A stretch of 64,000 nucleotides of DNA from Lepidodermella squamata (taxonomy: Eukaryota > Animalia > Gastrotricha), in assembly GCA_047495785.1 (NCBI GenBank), contig JBLDXI010000009.1:2790001-2854000 (forward strand), read 5' to 3'. A program made the translations under genes and the position numbers. A model generated the notes under the pieces. That model saw only the letters and a list, made by a program, of their open reading frames with translations. It was not told the DNA's origin and searched no databases. Positions 42,401 to 57,400 of the stretch are shown piece after piece. Position 1 is the first letter of the stretch. Each line of letters starts with the position of its first letter.

Positions 42401-45400
42401 CACCCGGCTGGTATGTGGGTCCGGCAGCGGAGTGCCAGCTCGTCCAGCGATCGCCGCCGCTTGCCATTACCACCCCCGGCTCGAAATTTCACGGTCAATG
42501 GGCTGAAAGCGAATCGTCGATATGAATTTCAAATCGTGGCGCAGAATGATGTCGGAAAAACTGAGTCAGACTGGGCGTCGGCTCGCACGTTGGAAGCTCC
42601 GCCCAGTCAGCCGTTGCAGCCTATTGTAACCCCGATTTCGTCGTCCGAACTTCACGTGACCTGGCCAGACCCGGCCGCGGCTGATTTCATCGGCGGAACG
42701 GTTGTTAACGTAACAATCTACTCAGTTCGGCCGTTTGAAAACAACGAATATGGCCCGCCGATGAACATCATTCAAGAGGCAACGCAATCGCCTGCAGTTG
42801 TTCGTTCGATAATTTTGAAGCGTTTACCGCCTTATTCGGTCGCCGGGGTTATTCTACAGGTCTGCACTAGACTTGGCTGTATTAACAGCACGGTTGTCAA
42901 TGGGACGACGCTATCAGCCGCGCCTGAGGGTGTCTTCACGCCAAATGCTACCGGAAATTCTTCAACTTCGATTTTGGTCAGGTGGAGCAAACCAGCTCGA
43001 CCGAATGGACCGCCGCCTTTGTACGCGATCGAGCGGGTTTTGTCGTCTTTTGCCGTTCCAGCTATTCAAGTCGAGCGTGGCATTCGATTTCCGGGCGTTG
43101 GTTACATGCAATTCGCGGCTGACATCTTACCTCTGAGCACAGAATTTTTCGGTGAGCTCAAAAATTCATAAAAAATATTTTCTCAAATTTTAAATATTAT
43201 CTATAATTTTTTCTTTAAGAATTTTTCCACAAAATTGAAAAATTTATTTCCTCAAATGTTGTTTTTAATTTAATTTTTTCGAATGAATTTTTCAATTTTC
43301 CCAGCCTCAAAAAATCTTGAATTAAATGTAAATTCTCGACTATTTCTCCCACTCAGGTGTCGAATTTCGGTTCAAAACTCGGCAAGAAAAAGCTCTTCTA
43401 TTTCTGGCGATATCCGAGGATGAAGGAGAGGTTGTGGCTATTCAACTAATCGGAGGCAAACCGTTCGTCCTCGTCGATCCAGACGGCTGCCGGCGAACGA
43501 ATGACGTCTACGCGATTTCGACCATCAGTTCTGAATTTTCCGACTCGATTTTTTCGGATAATAACTGGCACAAGGTCAACTTTTTCAAGGACGGAGCGAT
43601 GATGAAGCTGACCCTCGATGATACTATGACAAGTGAGTAAAATTAACAACTGTTAGGAATCTTCAGAATATGATTATTTTTTCAGCTCAAATCACGATTT
43701 CCTGCGCCAAAAACGCGGTTATTGGCGAAATTACTAGCGTTTTTGTCGGTGGGGTTCCTCGCGAATTTACCGTCTATCGCAACAACGACGCTGCTGCCCA
43801 ATCGGATGAAACAAAGCAAGTCGTTCTCGAAGGTCTGGCCGGCTGTATGCGTGACCTTATGATCCTAACAGCCCGCGAACCTACCGTCATCTGGACGAAC
43901 ATCGAAGCCCAATCAGCAATCGCCTCGACTCTTTCTAATGAAATGTACGAAGGCTGCCCGATTTCGCTAACGCCCGGTACTCACTTCCTCGGAAAGGGCT
44001 ATTTAATCATGCCATCAGTGCCAGAACCGTCTCAAAGCGCTCGGATTTTGTCGCCCGTAAATTTCGGCGGCGGCAAAAATTTTAAGCTGGAACTATCATT
44101 CCGCGCCGAATTTCACACTGGGCTGTTATATTTCCAATACGCACCTAAGACGAAGCATTTATTGCTTATCCAGCTTAACAACAGCGTGTTAGAAATCGGC
44201 ATTTTCGTCGGTAGTGAAATCGAAAATTTGAATATGACCCTAACGCGATTGAGCCACCTTAATTTTTGCGATACCTCGTTAAAAACTGTTCGCATCACGA
44301 AAGCCGGGTCGAAAATGACGTTTGAAACTGAGGATGCAGTTGCGAAGCCGTTTAAAACCAGCGTAGACCTACCCTCCGATTACTTTTATCTATCCTCGGA
44401 CATTTTTCTCGGCGGAATCGGGCTTGATTTTTCGGATGTGGCTAAATTTATCGATCAAACCTACCGGCAATATGTTGTTAGCGAATCATTCGGCGGCTGC
44501 TTTTTGTCGTTCAACATTTCTACGGCTGATGACGAGATCCAGCTTAATGACGCCGTGCCTATAACTGTTTTGAGCTATTTGCCGCGGTATGGCAATACCT
44601 CGACCGTGCTAGCCGATGGATGCCCGCCTGTTGTCACGACACCGTCTCGAGCTAACATTTGCAAGTCGCCAAGATCGACTACGATTTACCGAGGCCGGGA
44701 TGAGTCGTTTTTAGACACCCAACTAACGCCGTTTTCAACGTATTTATACTCGATGAATGCGTCGAATGATCGCGGCTTTTCGTTGAGTTTATGGCAAAGT
44801 GGCCGGACTCTACCCCTGCCGCCGGAATTACAGGCCGTGCAGCCACCCTACTCGGTTTTACCAGTTTCAGGCCGCGAAATGGTGGTAAAATGGCGCCCGC
44901 CTACTGTCTACTCAGGGATGTTGACTTCCTACGGAATTACGGCTAAATTTGAAGATAAAATCGTTGCGTCGGTTACTATTAAGAACCCAGGCCCGACTGA
45001 CCTAACAGCGAATGTTGCCGGGTTGAAGCCGTATACCGCCTATGTTTTCGCCCTGACTGTTTGCAACACGGCTGGTTGTACTACGAGTTCGAGATCGACG
45101 AGAAATAGCACGCTACCCGAGTCGCCCGAGGGCATGTCACCCCCTACAGCCGCAGAGAAAAGGCCGTGGTCGCTTTTCTTACAATGGCCGGAGCCTGTGT
45201 CGAAAAACGGCGAGTTGACCGGGTATCAATTATTCCGCGACGAGATTCGAATCTACGCTGGGCAGTTGTTACGATTCAATGTTACTGGCCTTAAAGTTGC
45301 GACATCGAATCGATATGCGGTCGAGGCGTGCACGGTTGCTGGTTGCGCGAGGAGTGAGTCGGTGATTTTGACTACGTCCTCTCTACCACCCCCTGCACCC

Positions 45401-48400
45401 ATCCCGGCACCCATTGTCACTGCGCTGAGTTCGACTGAAGTTAGAGTCGCGTGGCTGCCGGTGGACAGTACGAATGGTATCATCCAGTTCTATCAGGTCT
45501 ATATGTCACTCAGGCCGGATGAACCCCTGGCAACTAGTATGTTGGCTGTAGAGAATGAAACGAACCCGACTACGGCGTTGGTTGAAAAATTGACTCCTGG
45601 AACAACTTATTACTTCAGGCTCAGAGCTTGCACGAATGGAGGCTGTACGAACAGTGAAGGTAGGCGTCTAAATAATTTTCATGATTGAAATTTTCATGAA
45701 TAGAAAATTTTTAAATTATTTATAATAAATTGAAAAGCTATTGTTTAGGTATCGGAAAATAAAAATCTTCAATTTTTCTAATTTATCAAGAATTATTTTG
45801 AAATTATTTTGAATTTCAATTTTTTGGATTTTAAATTACTGCTATTCAACCACGAAATTAATTTTGTGTCGGAAATGTGAATATTCGTGGAATATCTATC
45901 AAATCAACTCATTTTTATGATGGATAATTTAAAATGAAAATGGGTCAAAATACTAAGTGGAATTCATGCTCAAACTACCTATTTGTCTATGCAATTTTGA
46001 AATGGAAGCGTATATTATGCGCATTTTGCGAAATGAATCTCTAAAATCTGGTAAACGGGATTTTCGAAATTTTACGAAAAATAGCATGACATTTTTTTCC
46101 GTTCGTGAAATGTCTATATTTTCGACAATTTTAATTGCTTGCTGTCAAAACTTTTCTAAATTTTTGACACATTTTCTATTTTTTTTTTAGCTTCTTCTGT
46201 CGTTACGGAGGAAGCCATGCCTGACAATTTACCACCTCTGAACATCATCTCAGCGGACCCGACCCGGCTCGACGTATTCTGGCAGCCACCTCAAAATCCA
46301 AACGGCGTGCTCAGGAATTACATATTACTTCACAACGGGCGGCAAGTTCTATCGCAGCTCGAACCTCGCCATTACTCCCTGACCGGGTTACCTGCCTGGA
46401 GCCGAAACGAATTCCAACTGAAAGCCTGCAATAAGATGGGATGTACGACTGGTAATCTAACGGTAGCTTACAGTTTGGAGGACACCCCACAAGGCGCCTT
46501 GTCGCTTGACCCTCCCAAAGTTATCGACCCTCGTACAATTCGGGTCCAATTTTGGGGCCCGGAAAGACCGAATGGTAACGTTACGTATTACGTAATCGCC
46601 AGCGGTCCGTTTTTAGTCCAAAACCCGAATACCGGGTATCGGGTGGTAAATGACACGAAATTCGTCGCGACGTCTCAAACGTGGCAGCAAGGTCTGAGGA
46701 TCGGCGATTTGATGCCATCGACAAACTACACGATTCGAGTTAACGCGTCGAACTCGCGTGGCTACGTCCTTAGCAACCTCCAAACCATCGCAATGCCAAA
46801 GGGCCCTCCCCTCGGCTTTGACAACCCGATCGTGCAAATCAACACCCCACGCTCGGTCACTGTTCGTTGGAAACCGGCGGCCTGGTCGAACGGTGACGCG
46901 GTAATGGGCGCGGATTCGGCGTTGTACATGCTCCAGTGGCGCCGGGCTACATACCCGGACGACGTTAGTAACGCATTTTCGTACCCGGTGACTGGTACGA
47001 TGTACGTGTTGAACAACCTGCGGCCGCATACGAATTACGAGGCTAGGGTGACTACGTCAAACAGCGTGACTGAGCCGACTTACACGAGTTGGGTGCCGTT
47101 TTTGACGCCGGAGGATTGCCCGGAAAACCAGGACGCCCCGGTTATTACCGAAATTATCGAAACTGCGGTAACTCTAACCTGGAAGCCGCCTCAATATCCG
47201 AACGGCGAAATTCTAGCGTATAACATCTATAGTAATTTGAGCCGAAATGCTATGGTTAATCTGACCAATTCAAGCGTGACCTCGTTCCGGCTGATTGACC
47301 TCGAGCCTAGTGTCATCCATGTGTTCAAAATCGAAACTTGCACCTCAGTTTGTTGCAATTTCTCGAAGCCGTCCCTACCCGTTAGGACCCCGTCGGCCCC
47401 ACCCGGCGGGGTGTCACCACCAATTGTCGGCTCAGATTCGCCCACTTCGGTAATTATTTCATGGCAAAAACCGAAACGGCCGAACGGTCGCTTGTCGTGG
47501 TACGTCATCGAGCGGCAAATTAAGGAGGATAGCGGCGTGGTTAACAGCGTTGTAGTCGCTAATCTCTCCGCCTCTGCAACTCAGGATTTAAGATTCATCG
47601 ACCGGAACCTACTCGCATTTACCGACTACGACTATAGAATTATTGCGGTTAACGATGCTGGGCAAACTGCGAGTGAATTTTCCCGAATTCGGACGAAACC
47701 ATCCAGACCGGTTGGAGTTTTGCCGCCGCAGTCTGTGAACCCTGTTGACCCGGATTCGGTTATGGTTTCATGGCAACCGCCCTACCGTCCTAATGGCCAG
47801 ATCGAAAAATTTGTGTTACGAGTTTCAGCCCCGGCGGATTTGAGCGTGACTGTCAAAAACGATTTGTCTAAAGCGCGACCAAGGGGCCGAACTTCCGGGT
47901 CGAAATCAGCGCCCGAAACTTATCAACGGATTGTAACTGGGTTGAAGCCGTATACTGAGTATAATATTTCAGTTTCGGCGTGTTCGGACGGCGGCGGTTG
48001 TTCGGAATCGCCGCCGGTGTTATTCCGAACCCCGCCGGCTAGCCCGGAGGACCAGTTACCACCCGTTGCTTCCGCCACATCTCAGACTTCGATGTTCATT
48101 CAATGGTCCCAGCCGTTGAGAGCAAACGGGCCAATTAAGGCGTACACCCTTGACCGGATCAAAACCCGCCAGCCCCTCGTCTCGCCCGCTCCGTTGACCA
48201 ACGAAGCGTGGGAAACGATTTACATCGGTAACAATACGTATTATGAGGATACGAATCTTCCGTTGTTTACGTATTACAAGTACCGGGTCACTGCTATTTC
48301 GGATTTCGGTCGGGCGACCAGCCTACCATCGGCTGAAAATTCGACATTCGGCGAAGATCCACTAGCTGCCCCGGAGTTGATTACTTCACATGTTACCCAC

Positions 48401-51400
48401 GACTCAATTAATGTATCCTGGACTGACCTGAGTATGTTTTGAATTTTCAGATTTTTTAAAAATATTTTTTACCCTTAAATATTTATTAATTTAGCATTTT
48501 ATTTCTTTTGCAGTGTGTCCCATAAGTTGAGTAAATTTATTATTTTTCAATGTTTTTGCTGACAAATTGCATATTTTTCCAAAATTGAATAATTTCCCAT
48601 CGTTTATCAACGATTTCTCATGGGCAATTAAAATTTTACCGAAGAAAATCCGAAAAACCCGAAATTCGGGAATTTTCGGTATTTTATCTGGTGAGACCGA
48701 TTTCCTCCGGATTTTTCATTCTCGTTAGTAATTTACGATATAAAATTTTTATGCATTGAGAATTCATCCGGACTCGTCGGAAATCGCCCATAAAATTCTG
48801 CTTTCTGATTTCGTTGAATTTTCTTTGATTGATTTATTCTCAGTTTTTTCGTCAGTTTTTTTTATGAATTTGTATATAAATTGAATTTGTATTTCAATTT
48901 CAAGCTGTCGACGTGCTTCGCGGTGCCGTGGATCGATTTGTGGTGGCGCTTCAGCACGAGAAAAAATCCTCCTACCTGCTACCCGAATCCGCTCATTTGT
49001 CCCTTCTCACCATCAAAGAAATACCCGGCAATCAACACAACATAATTTTCCGCGATCTCGTACCCTCAACCGCTTATACTGTCATGCTAACCATGCACAT
49101 GTACGGCGGAGCTTCAAAACGAGCCGCACCCATCCGAGTTGCGACATCGGACGGGACACCTAGTGGCTTGAAACCGCCTACAGTTCGAACAGTGTCCGAA
49201 TCCCAACTACGGCTATTCTGGTTCCCACCCGTCAACTCAAACGGCCAGGTTATACGGTACAACGTCTATGTTAACGACAAAAAGGTCAAAAGTCTGCCGA
49301 CATCAGCCGACGGCTCGCCGATGACCTCGTTCGCGAACGAGGGTGACTACAGCACTGTCGTCTCAGATCTCGAGCCGTACCAGGTTCACGCCATAATTTT
49401 AGAGGCTTGCACGAAATTCGCGTGTGGGAATTCATCGAAAACCCTGGCGACCACCGTCGAATCCGCACCTAAGGACATGTCACCGCCTCGAGTTGTCGCG
49501 CGGGGTTCAAGCTGGTTAACAGTCCGTTTCGGGCCCCCCGACTCGCCGAACGGAATTATTCTTAGGTACGATCTATACCGAAAATCAACAGACCATTGCC
49601 CGCATTACCGCGGATCGGGTCAGTTTGTGACTGAAAAACGGATTCAGAAAAGGTCGCTGGAAGACGCGATTTTGTTAGACTCGTTGGAGCAGTTGCCGGT
49701 TCTAGACACCCAGGCTCAGAAAAAACCGGCATCAGGCGGGTGTGATTACGTTAGCTGCCCGGTCGGTCACCGGCAATGCGGCGGGATTTGCTACGCCTCA
49801 AATAGCTCTTTAACCTGTTGCCGGGGCGAATTGTTCGAAACCAGGCTTAACCACGTCTGCTGCGATTCGAATTACGTACCAGTTCTAGACGGGCCCCTCA
49901 GTGAGAAGGTCTGCTGCGGAGGTAGGTTGCATAAAAAGGTACCAGGGCACGACTGCTGCTTCGGTAATTACGTCGACATCCCATCTGGCGCAACTTGCTG
50001 CTACAACAGCCTACAGCGCAATGTCATCGTTAGTCTCGGCGACAGTTGCTGCGCCAGTCTGCCGTACCGGCCTAACGAATTCGCGCAGGTTTGCTTCGGC
50101 GGCGTCCTCCTTAACCGGCCGGAACAAAAGGCGTGTGGCCGCCGCTTGATCCCGGCCTCGAAAGTTTGTTGCGCCTCTTCGCCGAATTTGAACGCGCAAA
50201 CCGAGAGTGCCGACCCGTTGCCGGACCACAGGTGCTGCGGCGGGAAGTACTACAACACATCTACGGCCAGGTGTTGCTCCACCGGCCGCCGGACCCGGTT
50301 ATTCCCGTTGGATACCGTGAAGCCTGGTATGGAAATGGCGTGTTGTGGCCTTCAGTTGATTCCGGCTGAGTTGTCCTGCTGCAACGGGAAGCCTTATAAT
50401 CGAAAAACTGCGCTATGTGCCGATACTGCCAACCCGACAAGTGATGAGACTACCACAGTTTTTCACAACTGCGGCCGGGGTACGATTTGCCCGATCGGCG
50501 CGTCAGCGATGTGTGACGCGTGTGATTTTCCGACCTCAGAACGCACTTGTTTGATCGAACAGCGGGAGAATCAAGTGTCGGCTGCTTTTGAGGCGGAGAT
50601 GACGAATAGTGGGGGATGGCCGCGGAATTGGAATAGCCCGTTGTTGGCTCCGATGGGTGAGTTGCATGGATCAATGGCGCTTAGCAGTTGGTGCCAGCCT
50701 CGCATTGTTCGCCTCTACTCGAACCAGACTGTTACTACGTTCAACGATACGGACCTGAAGCCTTACACGCGGTACGAGTATTTCGCACAGGTATGTCCTT
50801 AATTTGACGAAAATCCATTTTTTGAAAAAAAATTCGAATTTTGCTAATCATTTTTGAGGTTCAAAAAGCTCTATGAATGGCTATTTTATAGCAGCGTTGA
50901 TTTTTTGTGAGAAATTATTTTTTTAAATGAATTTTTAAAAATTAAAATTGAAAAATGGCGGGTTGGCGTGGTCGGTGTCCTGGCATTGCGGGTGCGAGAA
51001 GTAATTCTTAAACGCGAAGTAACCGAACCACAAGGCCCGCGCATTTCACGCTGGAGTTAGTCTGCTTTTAAGCGGCGTGATGAATCAATAATTGCGTGGT
51101 AAAATTGCGTGATGCAATTCAAGGTTATTGCTATGCAGGCTTCCAATTCTTCACCTCTGGACCACGTCCATTGGGAGACATTAAACATACATTCCTTACT
51201 AAAAATGGTTCATAATAACAATTTTCGTAGCTTTTCTAGAATAATTTCACTCCGTACAACATTTTTTCTTTCTGATTTTTAAATTACCTCGATATTTCAA
51301 AGAGGAGGCTGGTTCACTTTGAGCACCTACATCAAACTAAAAACCATGGTTTTAAAGTTGGATTTTAGGATTTCGCTATTGAATTGCAGAGGATTTTCTA

Positions 51401-54400
51401 ACAAAAAATAAAAAAATGAAAATGAAAAATGCGTGGGTTGGCGTGGCCGGTTTGTCCTGGCATTGGGAACCCTGTGCGTAGGTAAGTTTTGCGAAGTAGC
51501 CGAACCACAAGGCCCGCGCATTTGGGCAATGCGCCAGTCTACTTTTAAGCTGCGCAAAAATCAATTTCTATCGATCGATAAAATGAGCGCCGTAAATGGG
51601 TTGTAATTTCCCTGTATAACATTTGCCTATTTGGTAGGCTGTTATTCAAGTCCCCCGTTATCAGTTGATCAGCATAAGCAGAAAGCTAGTGCCGTTTTAT
51701 CAATTTTATAAACGCTTTATATGAGATAAGGGGCTGCTTCGCCATATCTGTTGAACGGAATCGAATTCAAGGTAGATTTTTGCATGAGAAGTATCGAAAT
51801 AAAAAATGAAAAAATAAAAAGGCATGAGATAGCGCGGCCGGTTTAGTGGTTCAAGCGGCGCATTCCCGGCTGGTCACCCGAAAGGACCTCCTCCGTGAGA
51901 GCAAATGAATTGGTTTGTGAAACGAAGTAACCGTGCCACTAGGCTCATGCCAAATGACCACCGCTCTAATTTCTATATATCATTATTTCAAAAAACGCGC
52001 TCGAAATTGTAATGTCGTGAAAATTTTTAATACTAATTTTTAATTGTGGCAGATTATTCAAGCTGCATACTTTAGCACTAATTTATTAGAAATAAAAAAT
52101 GAAAAAAAAAATAAAAAGCATGGGTTAGCGCGGCCGGTGTGATTTGGTTCAAGCGCGGCGATGATCTGCTGACGTTGCCGACAGGAAGATCCTCCCCTCG
52201 GTGAGTAGCTCTGTTAGAGAGTTTTGTGAAACGAAGTAGCCGTGCCACGAGGCCCATGCCGTTTGCTATGCTGCGTAAATCCTTTATATACCGCGCTTGC
52301 ACACAGCACAACTCAATGCTAGCATAATCAATGACACGCAGCATATGAATGCAAATGAAAAAATTGCTGACAAATGAAAAATGGGCTCTAGGATAAATAA
52401 ATTGTATTTTCTACCTGCCGTCTCAAATTTGAGATTGTGTTGAAAATTAAATTTTTTTTTTCAATTTTTCAATTGATTTCAATTGATTTTCGATTTAATT
52501 TATTTTAATCAATTTTTAATTTTAATTTTTAATTTTTAGGTCTCAAATTCCGTTGGAGCTGTCAATAGTACGATTTTAACTGCATCAACTACCGAAGCCC
52601 CTCCCTCAGGACTTCAACAACCCAGGATCGTATCAAACCCCGATCAACTGAACGTTCTCCGCATCAATTGGGACCCACCCTCGAAACCCAACGGCGCCCC
52701 GATTTTCTACAAATTATACCGAGACGGAATTTTGATTTTCTCCGGCGACACTCGCTCGTTTGTCGACACGACCGATGTCGCCCCCTTCCAGACCTACACC
52801 TACTGGCTGGTCGCGTGTAACCAGGTCGCTTGTGTGACAAGTAGCCGAGTCTCCGCCGCAACCCTAGAATCAGTCCCGGAGGGCTTCAACGCGCCCAAGG
52901 TCGCTAATGTCAATTCGACATGCGTCAATTTGACGTGGCTCCAGCCTGATAAACCAAACGGGTTGATTACGAAATACATTTTAACCCTCCGCGAGAAAAA
53001 TATTCAGCAAAAAGGCGGCTTGCCAATGCGGGACACCAGCGTCCACACAGCCGGGCCTAATGTCCGGTGGCTAATCGCCTGTAACTTGAAACCTTACTTC
53101 AACTACGAGGCGGGTATGGAGGCCTGCACCCAGGTCGGATGCCGCATGAGTGAATGGCAGGCGTTCACCACCGACGCAGCTTTACCGGTCGAAATCCCGG
53201 AACCGAGAGTTCTCGTCGTTAATTTCATGCATATCGACGTTATTTGGCGGCTCCCATTTTCGCCGAATGGGCCTATACTCGAGACGGTTTTATTCCGGAG
53301 ACGGGATGGAGAAATCTTGTTCTCAAAATTAGTCGCCTACGACACGTCAGTCACCCTAAATCCGGCTTCAAAAACGTTGAATTTTTCGGATTTTACCGTA
53401 AAACCTGGGTATAAATATGCTTACATGGTCCAGTACGCTAACCCGGCTGGGAAGGTTAATTCATCCGAGGTTTTATCGTACGGCGTCCCGTTGAAGTCGC
53501 CTGGTATACCAAGCCGGCCGCCTAGTGCGGTCAGCGTTCGAGGACCGAGGGCTATTACCGTGGTACTTCAACAGCCGATGAATTGTTCAATTGACCCGGT
53601 TTCGTTCGATGAGGTCATAGTGTTGATTGAAGCCGAATCTGGGGTTGAACGGTCGCATTTCAACGGTCCCGAGGCGAATTTTGACAACTTATCGCCTTAC
53701 ACTCTGTACGAAGCTCGGATTAAAACTTGTTTCAAGTGAGTTCAAAATTTATTTTTTCATACCGATATTAGTCTGGAATGATAGGTAATGAAAAATGAAA
53801 AAGTAAAAACACGGGTTTGCACGGCCGGTTTGTTAGGGATTTGAACTTTCAAAGCGACAATTTGATTCCAAATGTGTGAATTTCACGAAGTAACCGAACC
53901 ATAAGGCCCGTGCCTTTTCTATGCGCGCTTATATGCCTTATATATGCAGGCGATGCGTGATTCATGTGTGATGCAATATAGCGCAGTACTGATGTTTGCG
54001 CTCGATGAGTCATCATAATTTCTTTTTTTTTGGCAATGTCTAGAATGCGCCTTTTTGCACCATTTACACCTCAAATATATACTGGAATGAGAAAATTAAG
54101 TCATTCGGATTCTGGTTTCTCTTTTATTTAAAATTCAGAATATCTTTTATGGGAACCAATTTGCCAGTTGCGGAACCTAATTTTAGATGAGAAAAAAGTC
54201 GCTTTTCAAATATTCCTACGAAATTGAGGCAAAGTGTAAAGTTCGTAGTGAAGATTGCGCCTTATACAGAATTTTACGCTGAATTTGAAGATAACTTATT
54301 TTAAATTATGCTGACCAATCATGACACCCTTGAAATGTTCGAAAAAGGGTTTTAGGCCCAAAATTCCAAAGTCGTTCCGCTCAAAGTCAGACCCTCTAAC

Positions 54401-57400
54401 ATTTACTCATATATTTATCTCTGTAACCTCAATCACCCGTTTCCAGTCTCATTCATTATGAAATACTGGGCCGATAAGCCAAATTCCTCCAAATTCAGAA
54501 GGACGAGTTTGGAGTTAGACACCCGTGTTAAATTTTGGGCTCTAATCTTGGGTTTGAAATGAGACTAATCATTTCTCAATTTGATAGACTGTTATCGTCA
54601 AGCCTATCGTTATCAGTTGTTTAGCATATGCAGAAAGCTTGAGCCATTTTTTCAATTTTAGAAGCTGCTTATATGAGGTATTATCCTGAATCCATTGAAC
54701 AGATTCGAATTTCAGCTAGATATTTAGGTAAGAAGTATTGAAATAAAAAATGAAAAAATAAAAAGACATGAGTTGGCGCGGCCGGTTTAGTGGTTCAAGC
54801 GGCGTTTTCCCGGCTGGTCACCCGAAAGGACCTCCTCCGTGAGAATAACCAAGAATTGTTTTGTGAAAAGAAGTAACCGTGCCACTAGGCTCATGCCAAA
54901 TTACCACCTCTCTAATTTCTTTATATCATTATTTTATAAAAACACGCTCGCAATTCGAATTTTAACAAGCTAAGGTTCTTATATTTGCATGGCTTGTTTA
55001 TGGAGCTCGATTGATACAGCCTACAGTGGAGCTAGAAAGGAGAAAGTTGAACTAAACACGAACCCTTCTGGCAACCAGATGAATATATTCATGGTCTACG
55101 AGCTATTTTTAGAGCCCGTAAAAATACCCCATTTTACTCTATTTTGATGAAATGAAAAGAAACCTACTCGTTGGCGAAATCGGAACAAAAGCCAACCCGT
55201 GTGGTTCTTTTGGTTTTTCCTCTAATTAACCTCACGATTTGCGATTTTACGTTTTCTAATGAAACTGTCTGAGCAACTTCGCATTTTTCATTTCTCATCT
55301 TGTAATCGGCTTCGATGTAAATAACTCGCATCAAATTCAAATGAGGAAAGAAATCGAAGAAAAGAAAAAGTATTAGGTACCTATTCACGGAGCAAAGAAA
55401 AAATAAAAAATAAAAATAAAAAAAACATGGGTTTGCATGGCCGGTTTGAGTGATTATGAAATGTCAACAAGGTACGTTGGTTTCATGAAATGGTGCATTT
55501 GCGCGAAGTAACCTAACCACGTGGCCCATGCTGCAATCGCTCGCGCTATTGCGCTGAAATACATGCTTTGTCGATCGATTTTCCAATAACGCTCCAATAA
55601 TGTTCAATAAGTTTCTTTGAGTAAATGTTGTTTACGAAACGTAACGCATTTATTCCAACGTTTCGGTTATCACGACGTTTCATAAACAATGTTCAATAAG
55701 ATACCCCATTTTATTCTATTTTGATAGAAAGCTCTTACTCGGTGGCGAAATCGGAACAAAACCGTTTTACCTTCTGAGTTGAGGGACTTTTTATAACAAT
55801 GAAAAATAGGCACTAGGCACTCTAAAATAAAAGGCAGGGTCGAAAAAATAAGACACTTTTGTTTTATTTCGGGTAATATGCCTTTCATTTTCCGTGGTTT
55901 ATACGTGTTTTATTCGGCTCAGATCGTTTGGAATCACCGTTTCAAGAAATATCTTGATCATGAATTCATACTCTTCAAATTGTCCTACAATAAATTTTTA
56001 GAGCCCATAAAACTGCTTAATTTTACTGGATTGGAACTCACGAAAAATTGGAACAAGTGGAATAATTTCCCCCGTTCGGTTCTTTTGATTGGCGCTTTAT
56101 TCAAATTTATGATTTCACGAGTTCCAAAATGATTTATCTTGCGCGTCTTGTAATCTGTTTCTATGTCAATAACTCGCAATATAAAATTCTAATGGTAAAA
56201 ATTAATTTAAGAAGACTAAAAAAATTGAAATTAGAATTGATAAATGCATGCAGAAGATGCTGGGGTTCTATGTCAATTGAGCAAACGAAAATTGAGCAAC
56301 GAAAATAGAGCAAGGGCTTTTGAGCAACGATATTAGAGCAAACGAAATTAGAGCAAAACGACTTCTGAGCAAACGAAATTAGAGCAAAACGACTTTTGAG
56401 CAAAACGAGATTAGAGCAAAACGACACGAGAGCAAATTTAATAATTAATTGCAGCTGTTGTTTATTTTAAATAAAATTTGCTCTCGTGTCGTTTTGCTCT
56501 AATTTCGTTTGCTCAGAAGTCGTTTTGCTCTAATTTCGTTTGCTCTAATATCGTTGCTCAAAAGCCCTTGCTCTATTTTCGTTGCTCAATTTTCGTTTGC
56601 TCAATTGACATAGAACCGATGCTGGCTATCAGAAATAATACCACAATGTTCTAGGAATAAAAAATAAATAAAAAATAATAGAAATAGAAAATAAATAAAA
56701 AATAATAGGAATAAAAAATAAATAAATAAATAAAAATTAAAAACATGGGTTTGCATAGCCGGTTTGTGTTATGAAGATTCAACGTGAAGAGTTGGTTTCA
56801 AGCATTTGTGCGAAGTAACCTAGCCACATGGCCCATGCTACTTCCACTCTCGCTATAGCGCTTATATACACGTTAGGCCGATCGATTTTCCAATAACGCC
56901 CTAATAATGCTCTCATTTGAGGTTTTTTAATTATCTCCTCCTTAATTTTGCAGACCACCGGAGACCAGCTGCTCGTATAGCGAACCAGTTTTCGTCCGAA
57001 CAAAGCCAGCGCCGCCCGAGGGCCCACCTCTACCTACAGTTTTCGCTCAATCAGCCCGGTCTGTCGTCATCACATGGACACCCCCAGCCGAACCAAATGG
57101 CCCAATCGATCGGTACGAAATCTACCGGCGGCGAATCGGCGAGGAAATGTCGATGATCGCCTCGATTCCTGTCACGGTCGAGGCCTTTGAAGACGGCGAT
57201 AAGGACACGCAAAAAGTCGACACGTCATACATCGATAACGACGAAAAGCTTCAAGCGTTCACAACCTACGAGTACCGGGTAGCCGCTGTCACATCAGCAG
57301 GTCGCGGCTTTTCACCCTGGGCTGCGGTTCGAACCTCCCAGGCTAAGCCTTCGGTATTACGGCCGTTGATGGTCAACCAAACCGGACCGTACGGGGTCGA

